A DNA stretch of 64,000 bases. Origin: Phoronis australis (Eukaryota > Animalia > Phoronida). The notes under the pieces are model-generated. The model saw nothing but the letters and a program-made list of their open reading frames with translations, ran no database searches and was not told the DNA's origin. The stretch is taken from positions 128,641-192,640 of the forward strand of contig NMRA01000193.1 of assembly GCA_002633005.1 (NCBI GenBank), in the 5' to 3' direction. Each line of letters opens with the position of its first letter. Position 1 is the first letter of the stretch. Both the position numbers and the translations under genes were made by a program. This document shows positions 51,001-64,000 of the stretch, in pieces.

Positions 51001-54000
51001 GTATGGCAAGATGTCTTCATGAGCCACATAATCCAGACCTGAAAAACAGTCATTAATTGGGGGTGGATACAGGGCTCAAAATAAAGGGTTACAGTAGTGC
51101 TCGCACAAACTAAACACATTACATTGACAGCATGAAAATACAAGGATGTTACAACTCCTCAGAAAACATGAAAAATACTGTAACAACAGGTTGGAGAATA
51201 CAACGAGGTAAATTACTATCTAAAATGGCGAAATGTAAATTACTTACTATAACTAGTTAGGAAAAAACAATTGAATCAGAGGTGCAGTATTTTTTTGTTA
51301 CTCACGTTTTTAAAAATATCCTGAGACAAATAAAAATGACACAGTACACTTCAGTTTTTGCTCATCGTTTAGCAAATCATAGTGTTCCAAACCTTACTTA
51401 TACTTGCTTAAGTGCTTCTGTGCAGCTTTTCAGAAAAACAACACAAGGCATTGGCTGAAATTGCTGCAGATGGGTATTTTTTTAGTTAGTGTCCGAGTAC
51501 TGAGGTTTGAGGTTTGAATTGTTCATGACAATAAAATCTTAGACCAGTTAAACACCAAGAAATTGCAAAAAACAGTCAACTCAGCAGCACAGAAATAATA
51601 CCTGGAATAGCATATAGAGATCGACTATTTTCTTGATTTCCTAGAAACGTTACGGCCTCTGTCTGGGCTCGCTGAAACCAAAATAAAAATCATTTGTTTG
51701 TAGAAAGTAACTACGTCGTACAATATTTGAAATAAAGATGACCATACTCTGATATGAGTAAAGCATTCATTCACTAGTAAAATCTAAGGAGAAAGACAGA
51801 ATAAAAGAAAAAAACAAAGAGCATAACACATACTGTAAACAAATGAAAAAGCACAAATTTAGAGACAGAACTTTGCTGCAACTTTGGGATTAAGCATTAT
51901 TTTTATCTGGGTTTTTTGTAAATGTTTTTTAAGAACAACTCATGCATGCACAAACTTGTAAACAGAATGAGACTTGCTTTACTGTGTGAATCAGAATATT
52001 CATTTTATAATCACCTATAGCATATTTTGATCACGGTAATGTTTCCTCAAATTCGAACAGAAATATTGGCCAAAATAGTCATTTTTTTCATTTTCAAACA
52101 CTATTGCCAAAAATGTTCAAAATTTCTTTTAAGTGTGTTTGTTGATGACAATCGTACTGTACAAATTTTTCAAACAATCAAGTAAAATCGTCTTCCTATT
52201 TACTCTAGTTGAAAATTATAACATTAAAAATTTTCTGTTCTTTAATATTGTGTTCTAATTTGACAAAACTTTACCGTACTACCTCTGGACCACGGTGACA
52301 ATGAACAATGACTATACTGAAGCGAAATGTCACTCAGCAGATGTTCAACACAGATTTTGATTTTTGTAGGAGTCGTAAGTCATACTAAAGTAAACCCATG
52401 CAACCTACAATGAAGGGAGCATCCCTGGAGTCTATTAATACTTGATAATAAGTTCCAGTCTGTTCCTTGACTTCTTTACTAGTTGGTGTTTCTGGTGATC
52501 TGGAACAGAAAACATTAGTACTAAAATCACCAATTTAATATCAAAAACGCCAAAACAACAACCGCACTAGTTGATCAACTGTCAGACTAGAACACCCGCA
52601 AACACTACCCTACGATATGTTAATTAGCTGTTCTCAAGTTATGAGCATTTATTTGTCGATAGATAATACGTAAAATCGGGACAACCAATCACAACACTAG
52701 TCATTCTCCACTGTGTTCGTTGTGAAAAGTTGTCAGATATTGCTGCTCGTTTTTTTGTGGTTTACGTTATAATAAGGAATGGGGAGGTGCTGCGTTTGTG
52801 GTGGTTGTAGCAACTTAGTATTTGGCCAAGCTGTGGCACTTTTCATTTTCCTGCGGGACATCGGAGAAGCATGGATATGGCACAAGTTTGTACGTGACAC
52901 ACTAGTGCTGGGTATGTTCACATGTCACACTGATGTCCGTGAGCTAAGAAACTTTCAGTTATAGTTGCTTTTCTCCTTTTTTTTCTTTTTGGGATATTGA
53001 ATTCACGATTGTGATATGCAGTGCTATAAAGGAAGGTCAAATAATGCTGACAATGTAGTTACTTGTCAAAAAAGGTAAACGGTGGTTTTATGTCCACAGC
53101 AAAGATATTGTTGAGAGATGAACAGTAATTTCCAATTTAGGATAGACTCTAAAATATGGGAAACTGAAATTCAAGCCAAAATCTAATTTTCTTAAATATG
53201 AAGATGGGAACATGGGGAATTTTGGCATTTATCATATTTCTCAGACTGCATTTCACATCAAACAATAAGATAAAATCACTGAAAATAGCTGCCAACGCAA
53301 CAGAATTTAGAATGGGAATTTTTTTGTCTTTCAGTTGAGACAGTCAGTATTGTCCAACTTATAAAATTTGGAACAAATTCCAACCTTAAGCAAAACAATT
53401 CCTTACTGTCCCAGACTGAAGTATTCTTACACTACTCTGTGAAAACAAACCACAAAGTTTCAAAGCAACAGCCCCAGCCTCCACCACTACCGCTGCCATT
53501 GTTGCCACCCATGCAGCAGAATCAACAATCTCAAAAGTTTAAAATTTCTGTACAAATGCTTTCACTTCTGGGTGAGAACATCTTCATAGTACAGCGAACA
53601 TCAAATATCATAACTTTCGATGTGAAATAGTGAAAATATATTTGCGTGCAGTGACATGACTGAACACTACATCTAATTTCCCTGGGCCATCGATGCTTGG
53701 ATTCTTTTGCAAAGATCTCCTCAGCAGGCCCAAAAATTACCTTCCAAGATTAGAATCTCTTCTGCAAAATGTCGGTGGCTAGGAGAGGCATTGCTGATGA
53801 AGGGTGGCTACCAGGGGGTAGAACTGGTGGTGAAGGGGAGGGGGGCACAGACACATGACACATTTCCGTTCAGGTAAGCAAGGGCTCTGTTTCTCAACAC
53901 TAATCACAAGAAAAGCTTTTGACAAACCTTAATAGACCAACTCAGAATCAAACGGAGCAGTGTATCCTGGGTAATTTTACTTATTGGACACATGCCAATG

Positions 54001-57000
54001 ACTGACTTTCAAGAAAAGCAACAGAGGCCTCTGTTCATTTGAAAATCTTTCCAAATAAATCAGCTATTTACTCACTTCAACTCTTCTGACTTTGCAGCAA
54101 GGTCACGGTTATAAAGTCTGGCCAGCCAGGGAAAGAGCACCACGCCCCGGTATCCAAATATCTTATGTAGAAACAACTGCAATGAAAAGCTCACGATGGC
54201 ATTTGCGTTAACATTGTTTCACTGTAACTACCCCACACATGTGATGTAAAAATAACATTTTTTTCCAAATTACAACCTGACAGAAGCATCTCAACAAATA
54301 GATCAAGACACAGACTCCTATTTTTTTGGACAAGTACATAAATGTCAATTGTTAAAGCGCCAGTAAACAAGTGCTTTTCAAACAAGTTTTGATTCAACTT
54401 TCTTACCACCCAGAAGGTGTCATGTTACCATCTCAAAACTAGATGAAAATTTACAGACTGAGACATTTTTCATGATACACAATGATTACCCGCAAAATTT
54501 TATTTATCTGTGTCAAAGGGTCTCCAAGATATTGCCCTTCAAAATATTGAGTGCCACGCCCATTTTTGCAATCCCGAGTTGAAACTGTTTTCCACAGATT
54601 TTGAAAAATTCTAACTTCAAAATTAAACATTGTGTTGAAATGAAAATGTCTGCATGGATTAACAGGAAACTAATGCCAGGCTGTCAGAATCTATAACCAG
54701 ATTTCACCTGGTAAATGTCATATCTGAACTGAGGGGTCTGAAATAACAAAAAATTATGATCTCAAATCCCAAATTCTGTTCTTTGCATTCCAAAAGGGTT
54801 AAAAAATACATTTCTAAGCTGAAAATGGTTTTTATTCAATTGCCACCTACTGTCGACATTTACTACCAAAATGCATTGTTTAATATTTTTAAGATAACAG
54901 TAACAACAAATATACTTATTGGCAATTAAAGTGTCCTAATTGCTTTTTTAATATTCTGGGAATGATCAAAACTCGAATTCAGGATTTCTGGCTATAACTT
55001 TTTTAGCATTTGGGATCCCTCAATTCAGGTATGACATTTGCTAGGTGAATTCTGGTGATAGATTTTGACAGCCAGGTATAATGTTAATCTATACAGGCAT
55101 CATTACAATCCAATGTTAGAAGCCCTCAAAATCTCACAAGGGCAAAAAGGCACATTCTACTCGATATTTTAAAGAGCATCTCGCAGGCCCATTGACGCAC
55201 AGAAAAGAAATTTTGCAGGCGAACATTGTATATCATGATAAACGTCTTAGTAGAAAAACGTGACTGTGATATTTAGAGTTAGAAGTATACAAAGGCTATG
55301 ACAGCATCAAAAACTTCTCTCTATACAAGGGAAGCACTTACAGAAAACTTTGACGGATAACACGGAATTGGCTCAAAAGCTTCCCAAGTACAAGTAATCT
55401 GAAAAAAATTCTGTTTCCCAGTCAAGACTCATCATTTCAGCTGCTATGACTGGAACTTTTGGGTCATGTTTTCCACTTATTTTTGGCTTGAACAGTACTG
55501 TGAGCATAAAAACTGTGAAGAAAATGCGCCAGTACACACCACATACGACAGTGACACCTACCTGCCCAGTATCATAACTTCCTCCTTCTTTAGGTTTCTC
55601 CAAAACACCAACTTCTGCAAGTCTGCAAAAACAGTATAATGAAGTATTTAAGGATAATGAAATGTTGTTCCAAGCTATGACAACATCATTGACATAACTC
55701 GGTAGCAAATTCGATATCTCAAGATATCATTTTTTGCCATAGCAAAATACAGAGTCACAGATGATTCACATGTGAAAAAAAAAACAAAGTAACTTTTAGA
55801 TAACTGTTCATAACACAAAAAGCTGTCAACATTGCATGGGAAATCTTATTTGCTAAACAGTCACATGTCGCTTGGTTGAGCACAGTTCGCTAGAAGTAGT
55901 AGTAGTAGGCCTCCTTCAGTCAATAGGACTATGGATCTGTGCCTTGGTTTGGTTTTGGATGTCTTGTCCTGTAGCTTTGAGTATGGCTGTACAACCCAAT
56001 GCCTTTCCGCAGTTACTGCAATTGAATGTCATAACTTGAGTTTGTTCTGACAGCAGCTGTATCTTTCTTCTCATACATTTTGCCTTGAGAGATTCCTGGA
56101 GCTTGACTTCTCCTGACTGCAGCTTGCAGGATGCCTGACAGGTCTGCTACCTTGTGAAACGTCTCCAAATAGAATGTGCTTGGAGATGTGATCGTCACCC
56201 ATTCTGCAAACGTGCCCGAGCCAGCGAAGTCTCTGTTGGCAGAGCAGAGTGAATATGCTCAGCAAGTTGGCTCTAGAGAGTACCCCATCAGTGTTCGAAG
56301 TCTTGTCCAACCATTTGATACCAAGTATCCGGCGTAACCAGCGGAGGTGGAAGGTGTTCAATTTTCTCTCCTGTCTATAGCATGTCATCCAAGATTCCAT
56401 GCCATACAGAAGCATACTGATAACACAGGCCCTGTACATGGCCACTTTAGTTGGAGTTGTAAGCTCTTGCCTCTCCTAGACACGGGTTGACAGTCTTGAC
56501 ATTGTACAGGCAGCCTTGCCACTTTGCTTGTTTACCACAGAATCTATCAATAGATTGTCAGAGATAGTAGACCCCGTAGTTGTTGATGCACATGACTGGT
56601 GATTGAGCTGCCCCCTGGCACATCACATTTGTCTTTTTGAGGCTAATGGTAAGACCAAAGTCCTTGTAGGCATGGGATAGTCTGTCCGTTAGAGTTTGAC
56701 GGTCATGCTGAGTGTGGGATGTCATTGCCGTCTCTAATGGTGAGCTTGCGGATCTTGGTTTTTGCTTTAAGAATGTTCATCTTCTGATCTTGAGTACACG
56801 TGAACTCTCTCTATTGAAGTACCGAAGGCGTGATTGTGAAGCACAGCGAAAAAGATGCCAAATATGGTTGGGGCAAAGACGCACCCCAGCTTGACTCCAC
56901 TACGTATGTTGAATGTGGTTGACATGTGGCCTTCGTAACTCAAGCCTTCATATCCTGATGAAATGATACAACGATGTTCTGCAGCCTGGTTCACTCAAAG

Positions 57001-60000
57001 ACACGCTTCACATTTCACACTCAGCTGCAGCAGAGTAGAAAGCCAGCATACTGTTATTCATAGAAGTTCAGTATTTGGGTAAGCTGCTGAAACTGGTGAT
57101 GGATAATCGGTTTAGTGCAGTGCACTACAATGGCATGGTCATAATCTACTTACTGACATCTATTGAGGACTGCTAGAGGTACTGACATAGGAATACAAAG
57201 TGCAGACAGCATCATTGTTGTTTATAGTACCTTCTTATATAGTATAGAAACTTTTGATTGACTGACATGACTGTCTATATGAGCTCTAAGACCACTGTAA
57301 CAACACCAGAGCAGACCACGGGACCTTATCTCAATCTTTTTTAACATACCTATCTCTCATACACTGTATATGCTATAAAGTGAAAGGATTTACCTTCTAT
57401 CCAACCGTAATGATATCTCTCGGAAGTCTCGTAAGGTTCTGAATCTTGTCACTGCATGATATGATTATTGATCGCTAGCTACCCTGTGACTGGCAGGTGT
57501 ACGGCCTTAGATTTGACTGCCAATAAATGACTTCACTCGAAGATCAAGCAGCAGTCTATCACAGGGCAACTAGAGACAAGCATGTCACACAGTGGCATGA
57601 TTGAGAACCTTTCAAGACTTGTGTCGTATATAATTACAGCTGGATAAAAGGAAGTTACGCTCCCTTTACCATACCATATATATATTCCAGAGGTATGTTA
57701 AAACAAGGTCACAATTTGCCTTGGGTCAGAGCTATACTAAATATACAGCTTTACGTAAACTTGGTTAAAAAACTGGACAAAGAAAATCTTACACAAAATT
57801 ATTGTTATTAAAAACTATACTTTTCCTTGAGTAAACTAAATTGTTTACCAGCGTTCAAAAAAAAGCTTTCTACTGTTATTCTGCTGCTAAAGTTCTGGAG
57901 CGATCTTTTGGCACCATGAATAATAGCATCACCTAATACGATGAATGCTTGGTTTAACGAAGAAAGACCTACAAACTTGGTTCAGTCAACATCCTAAACC
58001 CAGTTACAGAGACAGTTATGATTTGGCAGTGTTCATTCACATCGCTGATATGGACCAGCCTTTCTCCATGGAGGATGTTACAATTCTAGATAGGGAAGAA
58101 AATTGGTTTAGGTGGCAATATATTAATGAGTGGAAAATCCAAGTTTAAATAGAAAAGGCGATCTGAGATTTGTGTTACCATGAACACAGGATAGAACGCT
58201 CCGGAAAATCCCATGCAGACTGTGTTGTTAATCACATGACGACTCACACGATTATCAAATGACACCTCAATGGCCTGCCAGAGTCCTCAGGATAAGGACA
58301 CAAGGTAGCCAACTCAAATCCGTAAGTCTAGTATTTGATTTATTTTTCACAATATATAAGATCACCTATTGGCCAGTTTCTTTTTTTGCCGATTCTTCAG
58401 CTGTTCTTCTTCCACGAGGTTGCGTACATGTCACAACAAATTATAGGAACTGGTTTCATTTCGTTATAAGTTAGTTTTTAGTGTTTTAATCCAAGTAAAC
58501 TGAACATCAAAGCAAATTTTGCTGCTGCAAAGCTATCGTCATAGCCTGAGAGATGTTGGAAAAAATAGCAAATAGCGTGTGCGCATGTCATGAGTGCAGT
58601 TTTCAAAACGACGATACACTTTTCTTTGTTACAAAAGGTGGAGAATTATGTGAGAAAATGACGTTTATTACATTGTTTTTCACTGAAACGGCTATAACAG
58701 GTAAGGTGAGTGTCTGTTGACTCCCAAACTTTGCGTGCACCCCCGCCAGTTGTTAGCTCTTACATGTTGATAAAAGTTTTACGACAGTGTGACAAGCAGA
58801 ACTACCCGAACGGTGTGAAATTTCGAGGTCTATTGGAGCTTAATATACAGTGATTCCTAACTGTATTTTGCCAAGTCTTCACAACTAGCTGGCTCAGGCT
58901 ACGTCAAAATTAGGCAACACGTAGCCCCTCGATTGGCTGGTTAGGGGCTACAATACTTCCCATCGCTTTCTGTACAAATTTCGTCCCGTGTGGTAGGCCA
59001 AATCCGGCCACCGATTAGTAGTTTTCAACTCATCAAAAATACATTCCATACTTAAAACTATCACTTAAAAAAGCGCTTACTTTCTTCAGTGGTCCTTTCT
59101 ACTTCTACACATATCTTCCATGAAGCTAAGTTACGAGAATTAAGGTGACTTTGGCAAAGAATTCCAGCTCCACTTTTTTGGTCACCATTAACTTTTTCAC
59201 CACGTGCGGGATAACCACAAAGTATTTCAACTAAGTCACGTGCGTTAGGCAAAGGCTATCGCGAGACTAAGCAAAGCACATGAAGCTGGCGCGTGACACT
59301 TGCAAAATAGCATGGGAAGGTATCAGGTGAAATTTGTAAGATTTGTGTCCCTTGGACTTTTTATTCGTCAACATGCATGATATCACGTAAATTCTTCAAA
59401 ATGGCACCCGGTAAGAGAAACTCGAGCAAACCACAACAGATTTTCATCCATTTGTTCAAATTATCTTGACTGAATCGTCTCCAGACTTATGGTATGTGAT
59501 AATTATAACTCCATGTGCATATATGCATGTTTCATTTGATTTTCTTTCCTGTATTTTGAAGTTTGAAACTTTTTGTGGGGATGTACTATCGCCCTTGTAT
59601 GCCTGCGACACCCAGGGCGACGGTAACTGCCTACAGTAGGTCAAAATAAGCTCCAGTGCGCCAGACCATGTCGCAGCCAATGTCAGAACTGGTTAGAGTG
59701 CTACAAATTTGTTTCCAAAGAAGAGAGATTGATAATCCAGCATTTTAGAGGTCTAAATTATCCACTACACTAGTCATAGATCATAGATGTCATAGTGTAG
59801 ATTATTTATGCCTTCTAACTGCTTCAAAATTGTCAAATACAATTCTTCAACTCCTTTAGAAGGGTAAGGTTTAGGGTTAGGATGTCATTTAATTCAGCAA
59901 TTAAGATTAGAGTCAGGTTCTCGATGCTCAAGATCCAACTTCTAACAGAATTCAAAATAGTTTTTGAATACAGACTACACAGCGCTTTGCAAGCTAGTTG

Positions 60001-60157
60001 TTAAAAACAATTTAGACAAGGGTTTGAAGCCCAGATAATTTAGACCTCTAAAATGCAAGATTACCCTGACACCCTACCTCATTGTTGACAGGAGACGTGA
60101 ATGGTGCAGACATTTACGGGGGAAAGATGACACATATACTCGCAATGTACAAAGCAT
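45041..60157 (-). CDS. POLDIP2: DNA polymerase delta-interacting protein 2 (PDIP38; YccV-like plus ApaG/DUF525 domains), about 324 aa
   Basis: Eleven phase-consistent exons: 60157-60078, 55622-55562, 54176-54076 (LFLHKIFGYRGVVLFPW), 52499-52409 (TYYQVLIDSRD), 51671-51602, 51038-50922 (GLDYVAHEDILPY), 49564-49428 (WQEKNHPWLELS), 49117-49091, 48735-48610 (WRYCIRLENL...RGRGVVG), 46821-46742 (AFQYSSHVSLQAPSGHMW), 45125-45041 (RIPPFSLESK). Exon 1 is rich in R/S/L and has no acidic residues, as expected of a mitochondrial presequence. Confidence 0.96.
50412..50657. repeat. 26-bp minisatellite, about 9 copies, in a POLDIP2 intron
   Basis: Unit ACCCCRCCATGTATTGTGACCAGTCA with no spacers. Confidence 0.95.
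54440..55260. repeat. Long foldback element in POLDIP2 intron 2
   Basis: GGCTGTCAGAATCTATAACCAGATTTCACCTGGTAAATGTCATATCTGAACTGAGGG (about 54679) pairs with CCCTCAATTCAGGTATGACATTTGCTAGGTGAATTCTGGTGATAGATTTTGACAGCC (about 55017). The outer arms also pair. Confidence 0.75.
55893..57000 (-). mobile_element. RTE-clade LINE, 5'-truncated and degraded
   Basis: RSGVKLGCVFAPTIFGIFF (RT) and YRACVISMLLYG.ESW...FHLRWLRRILGIKW.D...QRLRWLGHVCRM; (CTA)n 3' tail at about 55893-55908. Confidence 0.9.
57945..58200 (+). mobile_element. Penelope-like element GIY-YIG C-terminal remnant
   Basis: AVFIHI...FSMEDVTILDREENWF resembles the Penelope endonuclease tail (SAVHLH...F...V.ILDRE..WFER). Confidence 0.6.
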
Positions 60158-60444
60158 TTCTATTTCGTCTTTTTGGAAATCAACAGTGTGAAACTACAAT
60201 AGCAATCTTACTGTCAGCCAAACAGATTACGACCAACGTAAAGATCTGAACGTAATAAAATAGATTTAAATACGAGTAATATACATGTAAATAAACAATT
60301 TGCAATGATAAATTAATACGTGATTTGAATGAAGAAAACAATTTGCTCGTTGATAGCTTTCCTGTTCTTAAGTTACAACGCTCCGCGGCGCTGCTATCTG
60401 CATTCCAAGGCAACACAGAAGCTTTGCTGTGGGCTGTTGCAATA
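60158..60444. promoter_or_regulatory. Putative bidirectional promoter between POLDIP2 and IFT22
   Basis: Only 287 bp separate the two divergent start codons. Confidence 0.65.
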
Positions 60445-62914
60445 ATGTTCAAAGCAAAAATCCTTGTTGTTGGGCCTTGTGAGGTTAGAACTGTTGTTTT
60501 CTTCGATAACTTTTGATAATGAAAACATTATTTTTCTGTATTTTAGGTCTTATAGCGCCGAGTTTCTGTTGTGTTTGGTGCATTTCTGGAAGTCGAGATT
60601 TTTGTCACTGACTGACTGTGACTGACAGTCACGAAGACAAAGTGACGAACATCGTTCATTTACCAGTTTACAGTGATTTATACTTTTGATTTAAACTGAT
60701 GTTCCAGCAGAGCTATATTTTATAATTTTGGCTATTGCTGCTGTCTATCAGTTCCTGGTTTGAATAACGATGGGGCTGCAAGAAATTTGTAGTGAATTAG
60801 TAGATATTCACACATTAAAATAATTTTGATATTTCAGAGTGGTAAAACTGTGATAAGTAATTTCCTGTCTGATCAAACCGAAGCTGCGAGTGGTGATTAC
60901 AGACCTACTCAAGGAGTAAGGTATGATTAGGCCAAGGGCTTCTGTTGTTCATTATTCAAAAGAGTGACGCATGAGAGTGTCTGATGCTCCATATTGAAAC
61001 AGAGGATAGTCATAAAGTGACCTTTGTCGATTTAATTGGCACCATTTGCAGGGTTTCGGGATTTTATGTAAACTTAATTTGTTATATTTCTGATGCAAGA
61101 ACAATGAATAAATGTACGTTATTAATGTGAAGTTAATGTTTCAAAGTTTAATAATTAAATCCATGATTATGTGAGTTAATGATTGCTCACAGATTACTCC
61201 AGGAGTTCCAGTGTTCTGAGATCTAGAGAACCAGTTATATAACTAGAGTTTAAGTGAGAATAAAAAATCTGTTGTAATAAGAATTTAGTTTCAAACTTTG
61301 TTTAAAGTGAGTTGTATTCTCAGCCATTTCAGACATCTCGTGTCAATTAATTTCTTCCATTGAAATCTTGACATTAAATTCCCAATATTTCACTACATCC
61401 TTGTGAAATGTATTCTTTGTTGTTTCTAATCTAACTTAAAATTTTCACATTTCCATTTCACTGCTGACATTTACTATGTCTATACTGATACTTACGCACA
61501 TGTGGCAAGACTAATGACTCTGTGGGAATGCTAAAAACCATGGTAATCATGCCCAGAACTTTGAATTCCATGGTGTTTCATAGCAGCTTGGAGGAAGCTG
61601 TGATTGCTACAGGATTTATTAAAATACATCCTATTTTGGAGATTGCAGTAGATTACATGTGACAAAGTAATTAACACTTTATTTTTGCTTTTGCTGTTTT
61701 TAGAATCCTTTTTGGTTTTCAGAATCCTTGAGTTTGAAGCTAGTAATTTAGACATCAAAGGTCGAACAGTTAATGCTGAAGTTGAATTATGGGACTGCAG
61801 TGGAGACAAAAAGTGAGTTGGGTGAATTATTTTGTTATATAGCTAATGTTTCTTTTTCTTCAATTCATTGTCCGGCTATGGCAACTTTTCATATACATTG
61901 TATTGTGGAATACTTCTTGTCAACTTGAGTCTTACCATTATTATAACCTTCCATTTGGTTTCATCTACAGAAGACAACATTCCTAAGTCAAGGCTAGTCC
62001 AGACGTCAGTATAGTACATTGTGAAATGTTCCAGTCCTCTTTTTTCTGGCATCACAGCTCGCCGGCTAATTATCCACCATGGTTCAAAGAGCTACCAAAA
62101 CCGTTCATCAATGGGTACCAAAGAACCAAAACCTACAACATATATTTTGGCCATTTTTTATTACATTTCTTTGGGTGAAAACAGATCATAACTTAACTTT
62201 TTACAAGTAATTCAATTTCAGAAGCCAAACAGTTTAAAAATTACCCGTTTAAGTCCACGATTTATCGGTTTACGTTAGCCAGTGTTTTATTGCTGGGAAG
62301 CCATTGCTAAGGTGGGATTTGCCATACTTCAAACAATAGGGCCTGAAATCATAAACAGGTTTCTTGCTGACAGTGGGACTTTCACAGACCTATTGATGCA
62401 GTACAAAGAGCCGTGAAACAGGCCGAGTTTCTAATACTGATGACGTGTTTTTTACTATTCTCTTTTGCAACGTTGAGGGGATGAGTTTGTACAGTTCCTT
62501 TTGGATTCTTCTCAGCAGTTTTTATCTGAGTAATGAGACAGCCATGAGTGTAACTAAGTCACAGTACAACCAACCAACTGAACTAGCTCCGTGCAGTGAA
62601 ATTTATGGTGGTAAAAGCAAGTGAGGTGACTTTCAAGGTAAATGTAGGTTGTTTTGAGTAAACATTTGTCTTGCCAGTTTATACGTTGTGCTCATGAACT
62701 CTATTTAAAATCATTGAATGCCAAAATTTTTATTCTTCTTTTCATCACTGTGAATATTGTTTTAACTGTTATTGTTAGAAATTTCAGTTGTGTACCACTA
62801 CTTTGTTTCGTGCAGATTTGAAAGTTGTTGGCCTGCCTTCGCCAGGGACACTAGTGGTATCTTGTTTGTGTTTAACCCAGACCAGCCAAACCACGATAAG
62901 GAGTTAGAAACATG
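60445..62914 (+). CDS. IFT22: Intraflagellar transport protein 22 (RABL5); 3' exons not found in the window
   Basis: Exons 60445-60483 (MFKAKILVVGPCE), 60838-60920 (SGKTVISNFLSD...YRPTQGVR), 61723-61812 (ILEFE...EVELWDCSGDK) and 62816-62914 (FESCWPA...FVFNPD) have consistent phases and carry IFT22 signature motifs. Confidence 0.95.
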
Positions 62915-63015
62915 GTAGGTCCACTAAGCAAACAGCTAATAAATGAACTGATTGGTTCAAGTTCTCTTACGTTTACCCAGCGTACATTGCTTATCGTGAA
63001 ATGTAGATTGCAGTT

Positions 63016-63485
63016 TTAAGGCAATGTAAGATCCTTAGAAAACTCTCCAAGTTTGGCTAACTCTGAACACATCATTTCTCAGAAGTGGCTGATCGGATCC
63101 TTGTAAAACTTTCACAATCAATGCTTTACACAAAGTTTCCAACACTCTATTGGTAAGTATTTAAAATGTTCCACTTTTGCATGAGCGGTTTTCAAAAATA
63201 GGATTTTTAAAATTTTAGAAAACACTCTAAAGTTGCATTAAACGAAAATGATGATATTTTAGAAAACTGTAACTGAACAGCGATTTTGAGATTTCATCAT
63301 GAAATTTGTTCATTTTCTTGACTCTGTTTTTTTTGCTATTGATGTATCTTTCCGTTTTGTAAAGTTTTTCTAAAAAATCTACAGGCTGTTTGCTTCCAGG
63401 AAATATTTTATTTTACAGAGTTAGTTTCTATAGTTTTGTTTAACAAAATGCACAGACTTGTCGATAGGGTCCCACGTAACCTTAA
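63016..63485 (+). mobile_element. Kolobok-like non-autonomous DNA transposon in an IFT22 intron
   Basis: TTAA-GG...CC-TTAA boundaries with degenerate TIRs. The right end also occurs at about 45360-45392 and the left end at 28622. Confidence 0.55.
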
Positions 63486-64000
63486 AGCACTTGTATTTTA
63501 ACTTAAACTGATGTTGATCATAAGAATATTGAAGCACCACTCAAGGATGAAAAATGTTTAACATGAATGATCACAGTTGTGTTTTGACTGAGAAAATCTT
63601 GTACCAAAGTTTCTTACATTAACATAACAATATGCACATTTGTATGTCCCATAGTAATAGTCATATTTAGTTAAGTCCGCTCCCTCTGGAGCTTTCCGTG
63701 ATAATCTGGTCAGTGTTTGACAAGCAAGTATTTCCTTGTTTTGCATCAACCAGGTTTAAATACTTGGTTCCCGTTACTGGAGTGAAGCCTGCACACACGC
63801 TGTGCTTTGAAAATGCAATCCCGCAGAGAGCGGGGCGGGCGAAAATTAAACTGCGTAAGTTTTTGTATGAGTGTTCCGTCCCAGAATCTACGTTGATTAT
63901 TAACCCCTTGTTTTATTTTCTGTCGGTTGTTGTTTTTAGCCAATTTTTGTCATACAAACTAAGTATGAGTGGTTTTTATTTGTAGAATGATTATTGTGTG

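Noticed and set aside
52733-52921. Extra POLDIP2 exon after the tcccgcag acceptor
   Set aside because: I found no donor in the required phase 2, and the flanking exons already join correctly.
45041-62914. Conserved synteny with the human POLDIP2-IFT20 neighbourhood
   Set aside because: The gene here is IFT22 (a Rab-like GTPase), which is unrelated in sequence to IFT20. The resemblance is in name only.

Overview
Animal (invertebrate-like), AT-rich, intron-rich genomic DNA. I assembled the genes by hand from GT-AG exons with consistent phases, because most of the supplied ORFs are spurious. Five protein-coding genes are present. (1) A 5'-truncated PPP1R16A/B (MYPT3/TIMAP-type) PP1 regulatory subunit on + (5314-18202), with ankyrin repeats, an RRTS site and a C-terminal CCVVM CaaX box. 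(2) An uncharacterised four-exon gene of about 193 aa on - (26424-30558) whose C-terminal half resembles the DUF1499 motif pattern. (3) A MARVEL-domain (plasmolipin/CMTM-like) gene on + (33760-41470) with two apparently alternative, paralogous first coding exons. (4) A complete 11-exon POLDIP2 on - (45041-60157). (5) IFT22/RABL5 on + (60445 to beyond 62914), head-to-head with POLDIP2. Introns and intergenic DNA carry many non-autonomous DNA transposons (Helentron/HINE-like elements with internal tandem units; TIR elements with 5-, 6-, 7- and 8-bp TSDs; Kolobok-, Tc1- and Harbinger-like elements; foldbacks), decayed LINE and Penelope fragments, and minisatellites. There is no CRISPR array or prokaryotic system. 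All family assignments come from recalled motifs; no database search was run.
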